Shown in pieces: positions 63,441-64,000 of a stretch of DNA of 64,000 bases. The stretch is from Mobula hypostoma. Its lineage: Eukaryota. Location of the stretch: positions 93,560,001-93,624,000 of the forward strand of contig NC_086108.1 of assembly GCF_963921235.1 (NCBI RefSeq), given 5' to 3'. The notes below the pieces were generated by a model. The model did no database searches, had not been told where the DNA came from, and saw only the letters and a list, made by a program, of their open reading frames with translations. Position 1 is the first letter of the stretch, and the number at the start of each line of letters is the position of its first letter. A program made the translations under genes and the position numbers.

Positions 63441-64000
63441 AATATATTGACTGCTTCAACAAATTAACTTGTATGCTATAAAAATATTTTTCTATAAAAT
63501 ATGCCTTTCCTGAAAGCACAAATTTAAACCTGGTGACGTACAAGAGTACAGCTGGAGCGGGACATTCTAGAGCGATAGGGCAGCCAAGTCTGCAGCCTGC
63601 CTGGGGAGCTCAGTATAGCATTACTGTGCTGTTGGCTGGGTACCTTGTGAAAACAGGGAGGGAACCGCAGAGTCCAAATCTCCCTATGGGTGGGTGTGAC
63701 TGCTACACGGCAAGTGCTTTGCAGAGCAGAGAAGTCCCACAGGTCCTGTGATTCTGGTAATCTGCTTTCAGCTGGGTGGGTTGAGGAGGAGAGGGGTTGT
63801 TATTCGTCAATTCAACAAGAATTCGGAACAAAATGAGCTGGACGCGTTTCAACAAATAAGATCATGGCTCTTCTCGTCTTGCTTTATCAACATCGTGGAA
63901 TTATTTGCCCAGTCTGTTGCAGACATCGATATAATTAGTCTTTTGGCAAATCAGCAATCCAATTACCCTGACATGGAATTATAATTAGTTTCAAAATATT

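Noticed and set aside
52973..64000. ABCA4 exon 6 (FAxGVPDL..KDIACS expected)
   Set aside because: Not found by eye; FPDLS at ~62690 lacks the rest of the motif. The exon probably lies beyond the window.

Overview
Vertebrate genomic DNA, most likely from a cartilaginous fish (probably a ray). This is inferred from the repeat content: CR1, Rex1/Babar, Penelope-like and RTE retroelements, V-type tRNA SINEs, Tc1 and hAT transposons. The only host gene I can support is the 5' end of the photoreceptor retinoid flippase ABCA4 on the + strand. Five coding exons (38927-38992, 43503-43596, 44127-44268, 49289-49428, 52845-52972; 66/94/142/140/128 nt) splice in frame to residues 1-190; exon 6 was not found in the window. 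The first ~0.93 kb looks like the 3'UTR and polyA site of the upstream neighbour (ARHGAP29 by synteny, inferred). Main points for a second look: (1) a candidate non-coding first exon and photoreceptor-type promoter at ~25.9-26.4 kb, implying a ~12.6 kb 5'UTR intron; (2) a GC-AG intron 4; (3) a uORF whose stop overlaps the ABCA4 start codon; (4) loss of the N98 glycosylation sequon; (5) minimal hammerhead ribozyme motifs in two Penelope-like families, one with an intact core and one tandem pair; (6) a four-level TE nest; (7) two Tc1 insertions ~6 bp apart in homologous CR1 sequence; (8) a composite element bounded by two mini-MITEs; (9) a Hero-like relic. No prokaryotic systems or CRISPR arrays are present. 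Repeat boundaries are approximate unless TSDs or TIRs are given, and comparisons to human sequence are from memory.
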